From NCBI GenBank assembly GCA_010093815.1, contig ML996572.1: a stretch of 64,000 nt of DNA; one strand, written 5' to 3'. This document shows, in pieces, positions 49,563 through 63,726 of this stretch; the first letter of the stretch is position 1; each line of letters begins with the position of its first letter. The stretch comes from Pseudovirgaria hyperparasitica (taxonomy: Eukaryota). The translations under genes were made by a program, and so were the position numbers. Below the pieces are notes generated by a model. It saw only the letters and a program-made list of their open reading frames with translations. It searched no databases and had not been told where the DNA came from.

Positions 49563-51391
49563 TCAGTACCCAAAAACCTCGGCCTTGTAGAAAACATTGC
49601 GGTCCAAGTATACCCACTTACCCACGGCACACCTCAAGCTGTCCGTTAATGTTCGAGGTCCACATGCGAAGATTGCGACACGTCCATGTTGATTTGAGAA
49701 GACGTCGTCAACAATCACATTGAGGTTAGGCCGGCCGTGCTGAAGCACGACCCCTGGTGGCACACACGACTCTTCGTCTTCTTCTGCAGGCAGAAGATTC
49801 TCACCTTCCTCTAGTTCGACGTCCCCAGAGAAATTCCTTCCCGTGGTGTCGGTATTCCGAGTAGAGCGTGAGCCAGTGATATATATTTCAGCCAGCTTTG
49901 GAACTGCTGTAAAACTATTGCCTTCATTCTTTCGGTCGGCTGTCGTCGACGGAAATGCCCATCTTGTCTCAGATAACGTCCGCACAGCCCATACAAATCG
50001 TATCTGGCCTCGAAAGCCTGGCTCTGAAATCGCCCTATTCATGACAGTACGATAGACTGGAATAGTGAAAGTCGCACCAACACCGCCTGCTATGAAGAGT
50101 ATTGTGTCGAAAGTTTTAAGATCAGGGACGTGATTGATGCCGCCATACGGACCTTCCACCATAAGACGTGTAGTTGAATGAGAGCCTTCCGCTTGCGTTT
50201 CTCGAGCCGTTCTGTGTGCAGCGTCCGCTAAAAGCCTCGTAGAGCCTTGCAGCGTTCGAGCTACCAGTACAACCTCGTCGTCCTCGCCTGGCAGAGAGGC
50301 AATGGTGAAGGGGTTAACATGAAACCATTGACTTAACACGTCATATAAAGCAAATTTCGATGTTTGGTCGGTAATCTGGCTGAGAAAGACGTGTTCTCCC
50401 ACACCCCAGGTCAGACTGTTCCGAGTGTTGAGAGGTATAATGACTTGGACCAATCTTGAGCCTGGTACGAGGCTGATTTGACCATCGTATGTTCGTATCT
50501 TGAAGAGCCTGAGAATATTGAGCAGTATAATAGCCACAAGTGTTTGCCAAACAAAAATATGAGTATGGTGGCAGTGGAAGTACATTGGTTCTAGCAGGAG
50601 TACAGCCAAGAACACATGGATAACATAGAACGTACGATATGACCAGTTACGAATGAAGCTGAGAGCACTCGTACTGATAGCGACGAAAGACAGCAATGCA
50701 GCCAAACCAAAGACCACATCATAGTCCAGGAGACGTTTCAGCAGAACTCCGTTCTGGATGAAACCATTCAGGTAAAGAGACCCATGTACTACATAGAAGA
50801 TGATGATAATACGCCCAAGTATCAGATGCGTGGCTTTGAGCTCTTCGTGGCTCAGACGCGTAAGATACTGGATTGGCGAGAGGCTTGACCGCATTGCAAG
50901 GAGATATTGAAATGGCAAGACCCTGTCAGGGCGTGAGCCCGATTCGTCGTGGTGGGAAGGGTAGGTACTCACGCAGTTGGGATCATGCCGAATCGTTTGG
51001 TAACGTGCCAGTAGTCTGGCATAGTGTTGCGCAGACAGAGATAGAGCATCCATAGTGACCATAATGAACCACATACCCACTGACCTCTTGTGCCCCAGCC
51101 GCGCATAAGTGGTCCTCCACTCCACCAGAGAACTCGTTTCCATAAGAGACGTGTATGTCCGAATACCCCTTTCTGTGTCTGGTTGTTTGCTCTTTGGAAG
51201 GGTGACTTTGGCGGTCCATCGTCTCGAGGAGTATACCGTTCGACAAGCCATGTCATCCAGGCGGAAGCATATATTGTCAAGAGGACAAAGAGCACCGAGA
51301 GCTGTAGGTATGCACCATTGGTGTCAAGCGCGACTCTTCTGGCATGCTTTTGCTCATCCGAAAGATCAACAAACTCATATCCGAAAGCCAT
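49563..51391 (-). CDS. Ferric reductase (FRE/NOX superfamily) transmembrane metalloreductase (2 exons)
   Basis: Paired heme His in TM helices (HLILGR...HG; HVFL...FH), FAD motif NPFTIAS, EGPYG, AGGVGATF, FVWAVR, GRP, CGP and C-terminal EVFGY. Intron near 50920-50973. Confidence 0.9.
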
Positions 51392-51853
51392 TATAATGAG
51401 CTTCAAGTTTCTATCGCGTTGATATGATAAGATGGACCTTCCATGCGCGTCTCAGAGGACACGGCTTCGACAAATGTGCGCGGGTTGGTCTCACTTCGAG
51501 TTGATTTGCATCGCTGTAAAAATCCACGTACGTTGAGGCTGCCCTTGCTATGCTCACGAACTACGAAACTCAGATTGCACAGGGATAATATTAATGGATG
51601 ACTGAGAACAAGAGCACGTTGTGGCTACGGCTGCTTGGGGCACGCTAACGGCTATCATTGTTGATCTGATTGGCTACCGCGCCCCATATAAGAATCTATC
51701 AAAACCGGAGTCACGCCGCCGATGGGTCTTATCAAAAAGATACGTTCCTTTTCAACAGTCTCGGACTCTGTATGTCCTGATCCATATTATTAACCACCTT
51801 TGACCCAACACGTCAATCGTTACTCTTTCTTGTTGGATATCACGACGCCCAAC

Positions 51854-53268
51854 ATGTCGGCCCTCACTCCTTTGTGGCTGGATGTTGATACTGGTATGAT
51901 GTGTCCCTTCCCAGGAGACTCGAATACTCGAATGCGATGTACTGAACAGCATCTAGGTCATGATGTAGGACGCGTCTCTAAATGAATGAGGTATCATGAC
52001 AGGCTTATGGCGACCTCGCATATGACAGGATGCATTTGCATTACTACTAGCTGCCCACTCTCCGAAGACAGTTCTCCTGGGTGTAACCACCGTCCACGGA
52101 AATGCGTCACTGGAACATACGACGCGAAATACTCGGGGTGTCCTCGAAGCTATAGGGTGCTCGCACATAGCTGTATACCCGGGTGCGACTAAGCCCCTGA
52201 CACGTAGCGCCGTTCATGCTCCTGATATTCATGGTAAACTAGACGCGCCGTAGCTGTACCTGTCGAGTACTGAAATTAGCCAGGCGAGACTGGACTAGAT
52301 GGTGTGACTCTATTGCCCAACGTCCCTGGATCAGGTACGGAGCAAGTTGACTTCGTCAAAGCCATGTATGATGCGCTGAGTGCAACGGCTCCTGGTACCG
52401 CATGGTTAGTAACCACTGGAACGTTGACAAATGCAGCAAAGCTCTTCGCAGCCCATCCAGATCTCGTCGACCATCTCGCAGGTGTCAGTATTATGGGAGG
52501 AGCAATCGGTGGCAAATTCAACGATGCACCTATGGGAACTGTGGCTGGAGAGGGTGAAAGGTTTGGCAACTTCACGCCTTTTGCTGAGTTCAATGTAAGA
52601 CTACTTTTCTTGTGACTCTAGAATGTGCATACTAATGGTGTTATATAGATTTACGTCAGTTCTCTGCATGTCGATATTTCACTGGTATGTATGACTGACT
52701 CAATCAGTGCGACCCCGAGGCGGCACACTCGATCCTCGCACACCCTGTGCTCTCGAAAAAGACAACACTAATTCCACTCGACGTGACACATCTCTGTAGA
52801 GGAACGCGACCGGTCCGACAGCGACTCCTTTTTAGTGACAACTCGTTGAAGGACACGACTACAGTTCGAGCTCTGTTCCATGAGATCATGACTTACTTCG
52901 CTGGAACGTATGCTGAAGTATTTGCCATCACTGATGGACCTCCCCTACATGACCCTCTAGCAACTGCTGCAGCGTTCATTCCCGAGATCTTCGAAGATGC
53001 GTCGGGCGAACGCTTCGAGGTCAATACGGTCAGAGAAGGCGTACATTCAGATGATCGAACGCTAGCTGGTCAGTTAGGCAGGACAGTTGCAAGTCTACTA
53101 CCAAAAGGTCAAGGCGGAGTCCGTGTCCCACGTGGTTTGAACGTTGAACGGTTCTGGGACATGATAGAATTGGCTCTCCAGGAAGCTGACAAAGCTTCAA
53201 GCCTTCCTTCTCTCAATGGCACGGAAAAGAAGAAGTACAGAGATTTGTACAATGCCGGAGAAGCGTAA
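51854..53268 (+). CDS. urh1: Inosine/uridine-preferring nucleoside hydrolase (Urh1-like), multi-exon with micro-exons
   Basis: Spliced WLDVDTG-HD-DAFA Asp cluster, TVHGNA, HGETGLDG, TGTLTN, MGGA, AEFN-IY-CDPEAA, PLDVTH and PLHDPL. Confidence 0.92.
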
Positions 53269-53754
53269 AAGAGTCGGTCGCTTGTCGCGAGATGCACTAG
53301 AATCCACCGGGCACTGAAGTTTTGAAAACGAGCTAGACGTGATATTGTCACCGACGACTCTCATACAGGGCATAGATGTTGTGAACGTCCTATATTATCC
53401 AACTTGTGTACTAGATTTGACCCGGAGAACTGTAGGCTCGGCCACAATCACAGCCTATGATGCTAGCGGAGCGCCACACTTGATTGTATTTACCCGGTCA
53501 TGGTAAATTGTACTTGTTCCTTGAACATACACTAACTTACCCCTCATATCCCGCATCCGTCATGGATCGCGAGTGTACGACTGGTCACAGGTGTCGTATG
53601 CCTAGGTCTTAGTATAGCGTACGGATAATGTCAAGCTCTCGTGGCGCACTGATGCTTCTTGTATAAAGTTGAAGGTTGCTCCACGCCGACTGAACCATGC
53701 AACGGGAGTCAGACGGTGCATCGATAATAAATCCTTTACTATAGATTGTTCCAG

Positions 53755-55042
53755 ATGAAGTGGACTTCTTTCGCATTGGCGATTGCCTTCACGCCCGCGG
53801 TCCTGTCGTCACTCTTAGCTGATCGTGGCAGCAAGGAAATTGGATTGAATCAACTCGCACGCAAAGCAGGACTTCAGTATTTCGGTACCGCAATCGATAA
53901 TCCAAGTCTTGCCCCCGGTGGCGCTAGTTATCTGCCTTACAGCATTGATAACTCGAAATATCGAAAGGTTGCTTACAATTCAGAGGAGTTTGGTCAAGTG
54001 ACGCCGGCAAATGGGTTGAAGGTATGTTCATTCACAACAATTTCATACTTTGAGGGACACGCAAATTAGACTAAGAACATATGGATTGACATCTCTCGGT
54101 CCTGCAGTGGATGTTCACTGAGCCTTCACGAGGTCAGTTTAACTACACCCTCAGCGACGAAATAATAAAACCAGCGATCAAAAACGGTATACCCAATCAT
54201 ACATGACCATGCCCATGGCAAAGAGAAAAGGGTTGACTAAATTCACAGGCCAATTCCGCCGCTGCCACGCCCTCGTTTGGCACAACCAACTTCCACCCTG
54301 GCTCACGTCGCAGACCTGGACCGCCTCGGAGCTCCTCTCCGTCGTCCGCACGCATATCGCCGCCGAAGTAACGCACTACAAGGGTCAATGTCTACACTGG
54401 GATGTCGTCAACGAAGCTTTCAACGAGGATGGTACGTTCCGGCCATCTATCTTCTACAATATCACGGGCACGGGGTATATTTACGAGGCCTTCGCCGCGG
54501 CCGCAAAAGCAGATCCGAAGGCGAAATTGTATTATAATGATTATAATATTGAGACGGTGGGACCGAAGAGCGATTCGGTGAGGACTTTGGTGAAGGAGAT
54601 GAGAAAGAAGGGGGTAAAGATTGATGGTGTGGGATTGCAGAGCCACTTCACAGTAGGCGGGACGCCGAGTTATGAAGCGCAGACGGCGAATATGGCAGCT
54701 TTCACTAAAATGGACCTCGATGTGGCAGTGACAGAGTTGGATGTTAGGATGCAGTTGCCGAGCAATGGGATGAAGCTGGCCCAACAAGCGAAAGATTACA
54801 ATACATCTGTGATGGCGTGTAAGAATACGAAGCGATGCGTTGGGATTACTGTAAGTGGTGGCAACGTGCATCTCTTATGTGTACTGCTAACGTTAATCGA
54901 TTTTGTCCAGGTATGGGATTTTCAAGATAATTTCTCCTGGGTTCCTTCGACATTTGCGGGGGAGGGCGACCCTTTGCCGTACAGTAGTACCACTGAGAAG
55001 AAGCCTGCCTGGTATACGATTGCGAAGGCACTTCGGGGATGA
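53755..55042 (+). CDS. Secreted GH10 endo-1,4-beta-xylanase (multi-exon, no CBM seen)
   Basis: Signal peptide; YFGTA, FGQVTPANGLK|W, RCHALVWHNQLP, acid/base WDVVNE, KLYYNDYN, IDGVGLQSH, nucleophile TELD and GIT|VW. Confidence 0.95.
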
Positions 55043-55370
55043 GATAAAGTACACGCTTGTGTCATCGTCTAGGCTATGTAGTGCTTTCGAGAGGCCCATC
55101 CCTACTTAGACAGAGCAATGAGCTAGATCTTGAGTCTTACTGGGCGTAAATACACAAGGCTTGCAGATGAGAACGAGACTCCATCAAGCACAGAGTAGCG
55201 TTCACACTAATGACCAACTCCATCCATGCATTGATTATCTATGTATTATTCTTAGAGTTTCGTATTCTCTGAAGGCTATTATTGGGCTGGGTACTTGGCA
55301 GGATCTTGTATGAACTTCGAGTGCCCAGGTGGGAAGCCGCAAGGAAAACTTGCCATGCCATCGCGTGGAA

Positions 55371-56635
55371 TCACATATTAATGGCACCAGCCCTATATTG
55401 CCTTACACCCTCATTCAGTGCCTTCAGATGCTCAAATTTATTTGCGTCCTCTCCCAATCCCCAGGCAAACACTCCTCTAAGTGCCCTCTTCTGGACGATA
55501 GGAGCGAATTTCTTTCTGATCGCATCTGGCGTGTCCCATGACCAGAAGATATTCTCATCAGCGTCGAAGTAGTAGCTTCCTCCACCAATATCATCGTATT
55601 GCACGCCGCTCATGGCCTTTTCGAAGGATGCCTTCAGATTCGACGGTACTTGTTGCACCCAAACCAATGCACCAGCCTTGCCGAGATCAGCACCGGTATT
55701 TGGATCTTCCATCAATACAGTGCTACACCCGATAGCATTATGAGCAGTACAACCGCTAGCTGGGTCTACACGGAACCATTTGACATAGAATGCGAAGCCC
55801 AGATATATCTTGCCCGGGTCCAGGCCGCGGCTTATGTATTCGTCGATACTCGCAAGACTCAATTGGAGCCCTGTGTGGTGATTCGTGACATTATCGCGGA
55901 TACTCATCATGTCGTACGTCATGATGTTTAGGTAGTCGAGTTGTGCGCTGATTGCACCCATGTTTTCTTTGGTGAATGCCAGCATGTCTGCAGACTTCGC
56001 GGGGACAGCCGCCGAGATAATTTTATCGGGACCGATGGCGTCGCGGATTGCGGCAAGGAAGAGCGGATATGCTGCGATCTCCCATTCTTTTTCGGAATTA
56101 GGATGGATCTTGTAGTCATAACCGTTCCCGCCTGGGAATTCCCAATCGACGTCGATACCTGGGCAGAATTAGTCATGAGTGGCTCGTTCAGGAGAATATA
56201 AGTACCATCTGCACCAGTCATCTCGATCATTTTCGCGACATGCTTTGCCCAGAGCTCTCGGCTTTCACCAGTCTTCGCACCTATGGAAAAGCCTGCTGTA
56301 TCGCCCCATCCCCCGATCGCGATAATGACTTTGGTGTCAGGCGCGAACTTTTCACGCACAGCATCTACAGAAGTAAAAAGCGGGAATTCGCTTGGGCTGT
56401 TCTCATGAAACTTGCTCGAATTCATAAACGCCAGGGACACATGGGTGATTTCGGAAACATTTTCCTTCGATGGGACGATATTGTGTGCCCTGCGGTTGTT
56501 AGAAAGAAGAATGAAGCTGAGATGAGCCGTTCTCACTCACCCTGTCAAGTACATATTATATTCAAGCTTCGTAGCATATACTCCTGCTCCTGCTACAGCA
56601 GCAGCCATAAGGGCCGCGAGAAATCGATCTAGCAT
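55371..56635 (-). CDS. Secreted GH18 chitinase (3 exons)
   Basis: Signal peptide MLDRFLAALMAAAVAGA; THVSLAF, AIGGW, spliced catalytic DG|IDVDWEFPG, NIMTYD, LGFAFY, WSWDTP and GVFAWGLGED. Confidence 0.93.
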
Positions 56636-57267
56636 CTTGACGCGTGCTTGGAATATGACGGTACCGATGAGCAGTCAATATCAGCATGACGTTGATAGAA
56701 GTTTTACTCCCCGATTCACGAAGTCTAGCAGGCTCACACAGGATAGCATACGTCTGCAAGATCAAGTGTTACTTTGATTACTTGGTGGTGTGATGTGTAT
56801 ATTGTGGAGAATGAATGGCTGGGTGCTGGGATGCCCCACCCCTGCAAGTAAATTCGTCCGCAGAACTTTTGTCAATCAAATTTACATACAACGTTGAAAT
56901 GCTACTTGCCCCGCTGGGTAGCTGGGAACTTACTTACTTAGTGTAACACGGCATATGCTGCAGGTACCCGCACTACAACACATCTAGCGATACCTGCACA
57001 GAATGATACGTCATTCTGCCTTAATAATACAAGTGCGGTGCATCACCAGAGTTATGTTTGTCTGTAGGACGAACGGACACCGAGAGATGATTTAAGTAAA
57101 GGTCTTTTACAGCGAGATCCTAAGGTGTTCGCTGTGGGAACCCTGTTTATAGAGCGTAGCGTCGTAAAGCAACTGGCCCAGCGATATTCATAGATAATAT
57201 CTCCTATGTAATCTTTGAAAGTACCTTGTGATCACCCGGTACATTACACAGTACATATAATATTCCA

Positions 57268-60046
57268 TCATAATGGTTCAGCCCAGTCGACCTGCTCAGA
57301 GACGGGCATACCGCCTTTTGAGTAGGCGATTTTTAGCCTTAATTTCAATCTAGACGGTGGCGGCTATCAGGAATTAGCATCGATTCATATAACGCCACAC
57401 TGAATACTTACGCCAGCATTTGCAACGACTCTCATCTGCTGCGAAGCCTCCGAACCACCATCCAACTCACTTGAACTGATAGGTTGTAGTTGCAATTTCT
57501 GGGACTTTGGGACAGCTGCTTGCAAAGAGACTCCACTAAGAGACTCGAAGGCATTTGTATTCCGGAAACGGGCAAGTACTTGGACAGCGTTGGCATTTCT
57601 TTGGAGTTGAAAGGTGATGTTAAGATCATTTTTATTGTAGGCTTCATAAGCTGACGGCCCACTTGAAGATGGGGTCGTTGCCTGAGGTGGCGGTGACGAG
57701 ATACCACCAAGACCTGCGAGGTCGTTTCCAAATGACACCTGTGATCTGGCCTCCTGAGCCTGCGATGCACTCGGACTGCCGAAGAGATCCATGATGTTCG
57801 AAACGTTAGATGATTGTGGTGGAGGCGATGTCGTATCGGAAGGTGACGATGAACTTCCACCTAGAATATCGGCAAGAAGATCTGTATTATTTGAGGAGCC
57901 GTTGAGAGTGGTTCTGGGGTCTGTTGTGGGCATATCAGAACCACCCATGAGGTCTAATAGCATGTCTTGTTCGGTGACCTGGCTAGGCTTCTTCTTCGTC
58001 ACAACCCGCGATTGACGTTTTTTCGTGGCTTCGCCAAGGACTCTCTGCTCTTCTCGAATCTCTGGTGGTGGCATCCTTTCCAAAACACCTTTGCGCACTT
58101 CATCGTAGCCGAAGAGGTTGCCATATTCGGCAGCGCGCTGCTGAATTTCAATATCTAGGTTTGCTTGGTGGCGGAGTAATATGCGTCGAAGCCTTTCAAT
58201 TTGTCCTACTTCCGACAGTCTCGTTGACAATTTCATGGTCGATGTGATGATATATTCGGTGACAATCTGTCCTGCGTATGCACTGTTCAAAATTGTCTCG
58301 AAGAGGTCAACGAGATCGCTTTCCTTGACGTGTGCAACCAGCTCTTCTTCTTCATACTGTCCTCCTCGTAATAATGCGTCGCCAAACTCACCAATGACCC
58401 AGGCACCGGCTAGCGTTAGACCCTCTTGGGTGATATCGTCCTTCAAAGAGGCGTACAGCTTTTGAGCAGAATAGGTCTGAAGCTCCGGGGTAGTCGCAAT
58501 GAGACGAACGAACGAGGACAAGATTTGCTCCTTGACATAATTACCAGCCAATTTTAGGACTCTCAACATGGTATCGATATGCCATCTCTTGTTGGGCGCG
58601 AATCTGTCTGCTGCAATGCCGATCTGGGATGTCATGATTGGCTTGAACTCATTGTCGGCCACTTCTAGGAACGCTAATAACTCCCGAATAAGTACTCGGA
58701 CGTTGCTTTCATTGATCAGCGTAAAGCTCAGATCAAGTGCTCTTCTCCGGATGCTGATATCGGGATCTCTCAGGCAATCTAGGATAGTGTTTCGATGTCT
58801 TTGTACCGCATTGGGCTCAACAGCAACTACTTTGATGAGAGTGTTGAGGGCAACATATCGGATGTTGTTATCTCTATTGGATAAGAATTTCCCCAGAATG
58901 TTCACGCCAAGAACTCTCAGTCCAGAGTCGGCTTCGATATCCAGAATAGTCAGTACTGCCTCGTAGAGAATGGCATTCCCGACGTTCTTCGATGCGTCGG
59001 TATTTGTGGCGACCTAGTGATATCAGGGTACGTTCTACGCGAAGTTTATTCATCACTTACCTGAGCGAGGATATCATTGATTTGCTCACTGGTTTCTGCA
59101 TCGCCGCGGCCAAATACCCTCAATAGCTGCAGTATTTTCACCTGCAGGAATGGATCTGCGATTCCAGTGACATCGTGCTCAGGGGTATATCCGGAACTTG
59201 CCAAGCCTTTCAGAACCTTCACCAGTGCTGGTGTGATAGGTCTAAATGTTTCTACTATCCCAAATTCCCCTCCTTCTAGTTCGTCCGCTTCACACATGCT
59301 TATGACTAAGGTGAGACCACAAAGTAACACGCCATGGTTCCGATCGTTGAGGAGCAGTTTCGCCTTCTCTAAAAAGTGCTCTTGCAAGTCTGGCACTTTG
59401 CGACATATTCTCATTGCACAAATAGCAGCTTTTCGTCTTATGTACGGGTTTTGGCTGGAAATTATGGTTTCGACTTCGGGAAACAGATCGCGGGACATTT
59501 CGATAGACGCAATGTTACCTAATGTGCAGAGCGCAAGACCAACAATATATTGATTTGGGTGGTTGAGGTCGCTACGCCGTAATCGTTAGTAGAGGTAGAT
59601 GTAATATCATGCACTTTGACGTACTTCTTCAACGAATTGGTCACCAAGGTCAACACCTCCTGATTCTCGTCCAGTAGGAGCATAGTTCCCAGATAGCCCA
59701 GCCGCTTGTCGGCAAATCTAGGTGATGCGAGAAGCTTCAGACATTCGATCTGACCGAAATGAGTCCGCTCTCCAAGCGTGAAGAGGTATAATAGCTTTGC
59801 AACATTGTTGCGCCTGCAGTCAAATTAGCACTAAAGCTATCAGGCACCTGCGTTGTCGCACCGTATTCCATGGTCACCACTTTCTTCCCTGAAGCTTGCA
59901 CGAATCGCCGCGCTCTCCTTTTGAACGACCGCTCTCTCATCTGCGATTGTTTTGGCGGCACGGACATTACGAATGAACTGCTTCACTATACTGGGTCAGG
60001 AGGGGCATCTCTCAAGAGGGCTGAAGGTTGACGTACAGGAACTCAT
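57268..60046 (-). CDS. apl4: AP-1 complex subunit gamma-1 adaptin (multi-exon)
   Basis: [83 protein letters not shown] ear [17 protein letters not shown] ending EQVDWAEPL*. Confidence 0.96.
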
Positions 60047-60617
60047 GATGGCGGTCTCACGGACCCCAGAGTCCTACAGAAGAGACGCCAAGTAAGAATG
60101 CCGAGTACGGACGTACACGAGGGAATCGAGTCGGGTATATTGTTCGTGTGGCGTGAGAGTATCGTCTATGCATATGTGAGGTTTGATGTCCATACTGTCA
60201 GTAGGCGCCCAGACTCCGTACACAGTAAGCGAAAATCGGAAGTGCTGCCTGAGGTGCCTGAACACGAACTACCTAGGTAGACCCCTGCTCGCTGCAAAGC
60301 CGCGGTACACTGACGTAGGATCAAAAGGAAACCCTTTGTTAGATGTGCCAGGTGATTACTGCAAGTGGCGTCCGAGCCAGCTGTTCGCACCTTGGATATG
60401 ACTCTACTATAAGTCATACGAGGCATTATGACAACCAAACTGAACATAATACTATGAATTCAAATACTGCCAAGTATATGTGATCAATTCTCCTGATCTT
60501 CATCCTGGGCCGGATCAGCACGTTCACAAACGTTTCCCAAGTTTCTTGGAACACTGCCACATATCGATACCTGCTGGGAGTAAAATCAATATTCAATTCA
60601 GACGCTGCTCTACCATA

Positions 60618-62464
60618 ATGTCGTCTAGCTTTCAGACAGAATACCTTTCGCCTAAACCAAGACGACCGGTTGGATCACATCTCAATCGAGCACCAAATCA
60701 ATCCCCTTCCAGAATTTCAGATGGAATTGGCAGGTTAGGAACACTTGAATATAGTGATTGTATTTGTGTCTGTCATACAAATCTGACTGTTTTACCAGTG
60801 GTCGCGCAACGCCTGTACCTCATGATGCTCCTCCATCAGTCCACGCAACCTCCTCGGCCCGCAAAACCATCAGGGCTCAGCAGAAGCATCGGTTGTTCCC
60901 TACCATAGACTATGCCGCTCGTGTGTCACATTTCGACCCAAAGAGCGAACACCGAGACTTCAGTGGCTTCTTTGTCCTCTTCTGGGTTGGGCTTGCTATC
61001 ATGGTCATAACCGCAATGCTTCGAAATTTAAAAGAGACTGGATATCCTTTAGTCATCAGACAATGGCCTGTCCTGACGGAAAAGTTGTTTGAGCTGGCTC
61101 TCAGCGATCTTCTTATGGTGGCTAGTTCCGCGCTCAGCTTGCCCCTCCACAAGATGTATACAGGCGTGAAGATACTCCGATGGAGTCGTCTTGGTATGCC
61201 TCTACAGAGCCTTTTCCAGACCGCGTGGCTGTTATTCTGGGTCAAGTCAGTCAGTCTTAGAATTGTATGGCTGGATCCTCACATATTATAGTTGGCCATT
61301 CCTCCGAATTTGGAGCTGGACGTCACAGGTGTTCTTCACGCTACATCTTCTTTCGATCTTCATGAAGATGCATTCTTATGCGTTAGTCACACCTAGCTGG
61401 CCCACTGTATATAATAACGTATCTAGATTCTACAATGGGCATTTGTCCACCACGAGGAGGCGTTTGAATGACCTTGATCGCCCAGATGGGGCATCACGAG
61501 CAAAAGCATACCGTTATCCTGGTCGTACTCAGCGATTACACGACTTGAATGCTGAACATGAGCCATCGAAAGAGGAGCAACTTGGTCAACTCCGTGAAGA
61601 CCTTGCTCACGAGCTCACATCCTCCCTGGGTAATGTCACATATCCTCAGAATCTCACAATCGCCAATTATGTCGACTTCCTATTCTGCCCAACCTTATGT
61701 TACGAGCTTGAATACCCTCGAATGCCGGAGACCGACTTCATGGAGCTTTTTTACAAGACCCTCGCAGTGTTTGGTTGCATATTTCTCACAACCCTCACGA
61801 CAGAAGAATTTGTTCTCCCGGTGCTCGACGAGTCAGCAATCCGGATGACCGGCATCGCCTCTTTCTCAGAAGGATTCCTTATCATGGCCGAGTCTATATC
61901 TCGTCTCCTATTCCCATTCATGGTTCTATTCCTCCTCGTATTTCTTATTATTTTTGAATACGTATTGGGTGCATTTGCTGAGATCACGCGCTTCGCTGAT
62001 CGCCAGTTCTATTCAGATTGGTGGAACAGCTGCGACTGGCTGGAGTTTTCGCGCGAGTGGAATATCCCGGTACATCATTTCTTTCGGAGGCACGTATACG
62101 TAGCGTCTCGAATCTATGTGTCCAAATCAGCTGCGACAGGAATCACGTTCCTCGTCAGTGCTTTGGCCCACGAGCTGGTAATGGGCTGCATTACGAAGAA
62201 ACTCAGGGGGTATGGCTTCACTATGATGATGTTGCAGATGCCAATCGTTATGATACAGCGATCAAGGCTTCTTAGGGGCCGGACTTTGCTGAATGTAAGA
62301 GCGCTACTGTCCCGGTCATGCAACCACTGACGAATCCTTCACAGAATGTTCTCTTTTGGTGTAGCATGATTCTTGGGTTGTCAATGGTATGATTTACTTG
62401 AAATTACTGAAGTACAAGTTCTAACAGTGAGTTGCAGATTTGCGCACTCTATGTTCTGCTCTAG
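60618..62464 (+). CDS. Sterol O-acyltransferase (Are1/Are2, MBOAT family), multi-exon
   Basis: RVSHFDP..RDFSGFFVLFW, MKMHSYA|FYN, YPQN, PTLCYELEYPR, FAEITRFADRQFYSDWWN, WNIPVHHF, catalytic His in SALAHE and N|NVLFW. Confidence 0.93.
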
Positions 62465-62818
62465 ATCTCAGCAGTTGCAGCGACTATGAGGATATTCCTT
62501 TTAGTAGTGATGATCTTCTGTTAAAGCGTCGAGATACCCTATTCGCGTTCCAATGTATCGTTCCGTAGAGATCTAGGCTGCATGTAATTACACGTTCCAA
62601 GTATCAATGCCTAGATAGTTCTAGCCATATAGTTTGTCATTATTCACGTGTGAGGCAGGACTTGACAAAATGATGCGGAAATCGCTTGCAATTCCCATGT
62701 ATTTTATATTCGACATACACAGGATAGACTCCTTGGAATCACGCTATAGTAGCATTCCATTCCATGAAAAGTATCAAGACCCGTTTTCACCCAAACGCGA
62801 CCCTTTATGAGAACCCAT

Positions 62819-63726
62819 TTATTCTGCGGTGTAACCCTCTGCCGGCGCCTCGCCACCCTGCTCTTGCTGTTCAGCCAACCGTGCTTGCTCAGCAGCTTGC
62901 TGTGCAGCAACAGCCTTAGCACCATAGTCTTGGGACATTGGTTGCACAACTGGTTGTTCTTCCTTTGGCTCAATGATGGTAACGGAGTCAGGGAGTGATT
63001 TTTGGGGACCAGCTTTGCCCTCAGGGTCAGAACCGCGCATAATCTTGACCTTGATACCTAATACACCCTGACGGAGTAATACGTGACGGGTGGCATGGTC
63101 GATGAAGTCTTTTGCAGGTTGGCCGGAATGGATCATGAAACCATCAGTGAACTTCATGCTCTTAGCGCGGGCAGCTCTCAGCTTGCCGCTCACGACGACT
63201 TCGCAACCCTTAGCACCGCTCTCCATGATGAATCTCAGGACACCGTAACAGGCTCGGCGAACGGCCAGACCGTTGAGCAGCTTGTATCGGAGGGACTCGC
63301 ACTGGGCGACGGCGGACAGACCACGGTTGGATACCTTGGCGGCATATAGAGAAACGGAATTTTCGGGGAATTTGAAGCGCTTCTGGATGAGTGAGGTAAG
63401 TTCACGGATTCGTCGTCCCTGCTCTCCGAGAACTTCTTGTGTGTGGGTTGCGCGAATGATGATATCGGTGACGGTGGGCGTGACGCGGACTTCGACACCA
63501 GAGTAACCTTCCTCGGCCAGCTCGCGTTGAAAGAATTCATTCAGTTCGGCGTAGAAAACACCGTCTATACATAGGTCAGTACTGTGCCCTAGCAATTGGT
63601 GTGCTCGCTATCCCGCTCCAATAGCAAACATATTTGTTAAGTCTGCGAGGAGTAAAGCCACATACCGGCGACGAACTTTCTACGCTTAGAGATAGCGGCA
63701 CCAGGGGCGGCAGCAGCAGAGGCCAT
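62819..63726 (-). CDS. rps3: 40S ribosomal protein uS3 (2 exons)
   Basis: [50 protein letters not shown]...[17 protein letters not shown]...[13 protein letters not shown]. Confidence 0.98.

Noticed and set aside
50969..51251. Apparent frameshift between overlapping ferric-reductase ORFs
   Set aside because: Explained by a canonical GTGAGT...CTGACAG intron; the gene is not a pseudogene.
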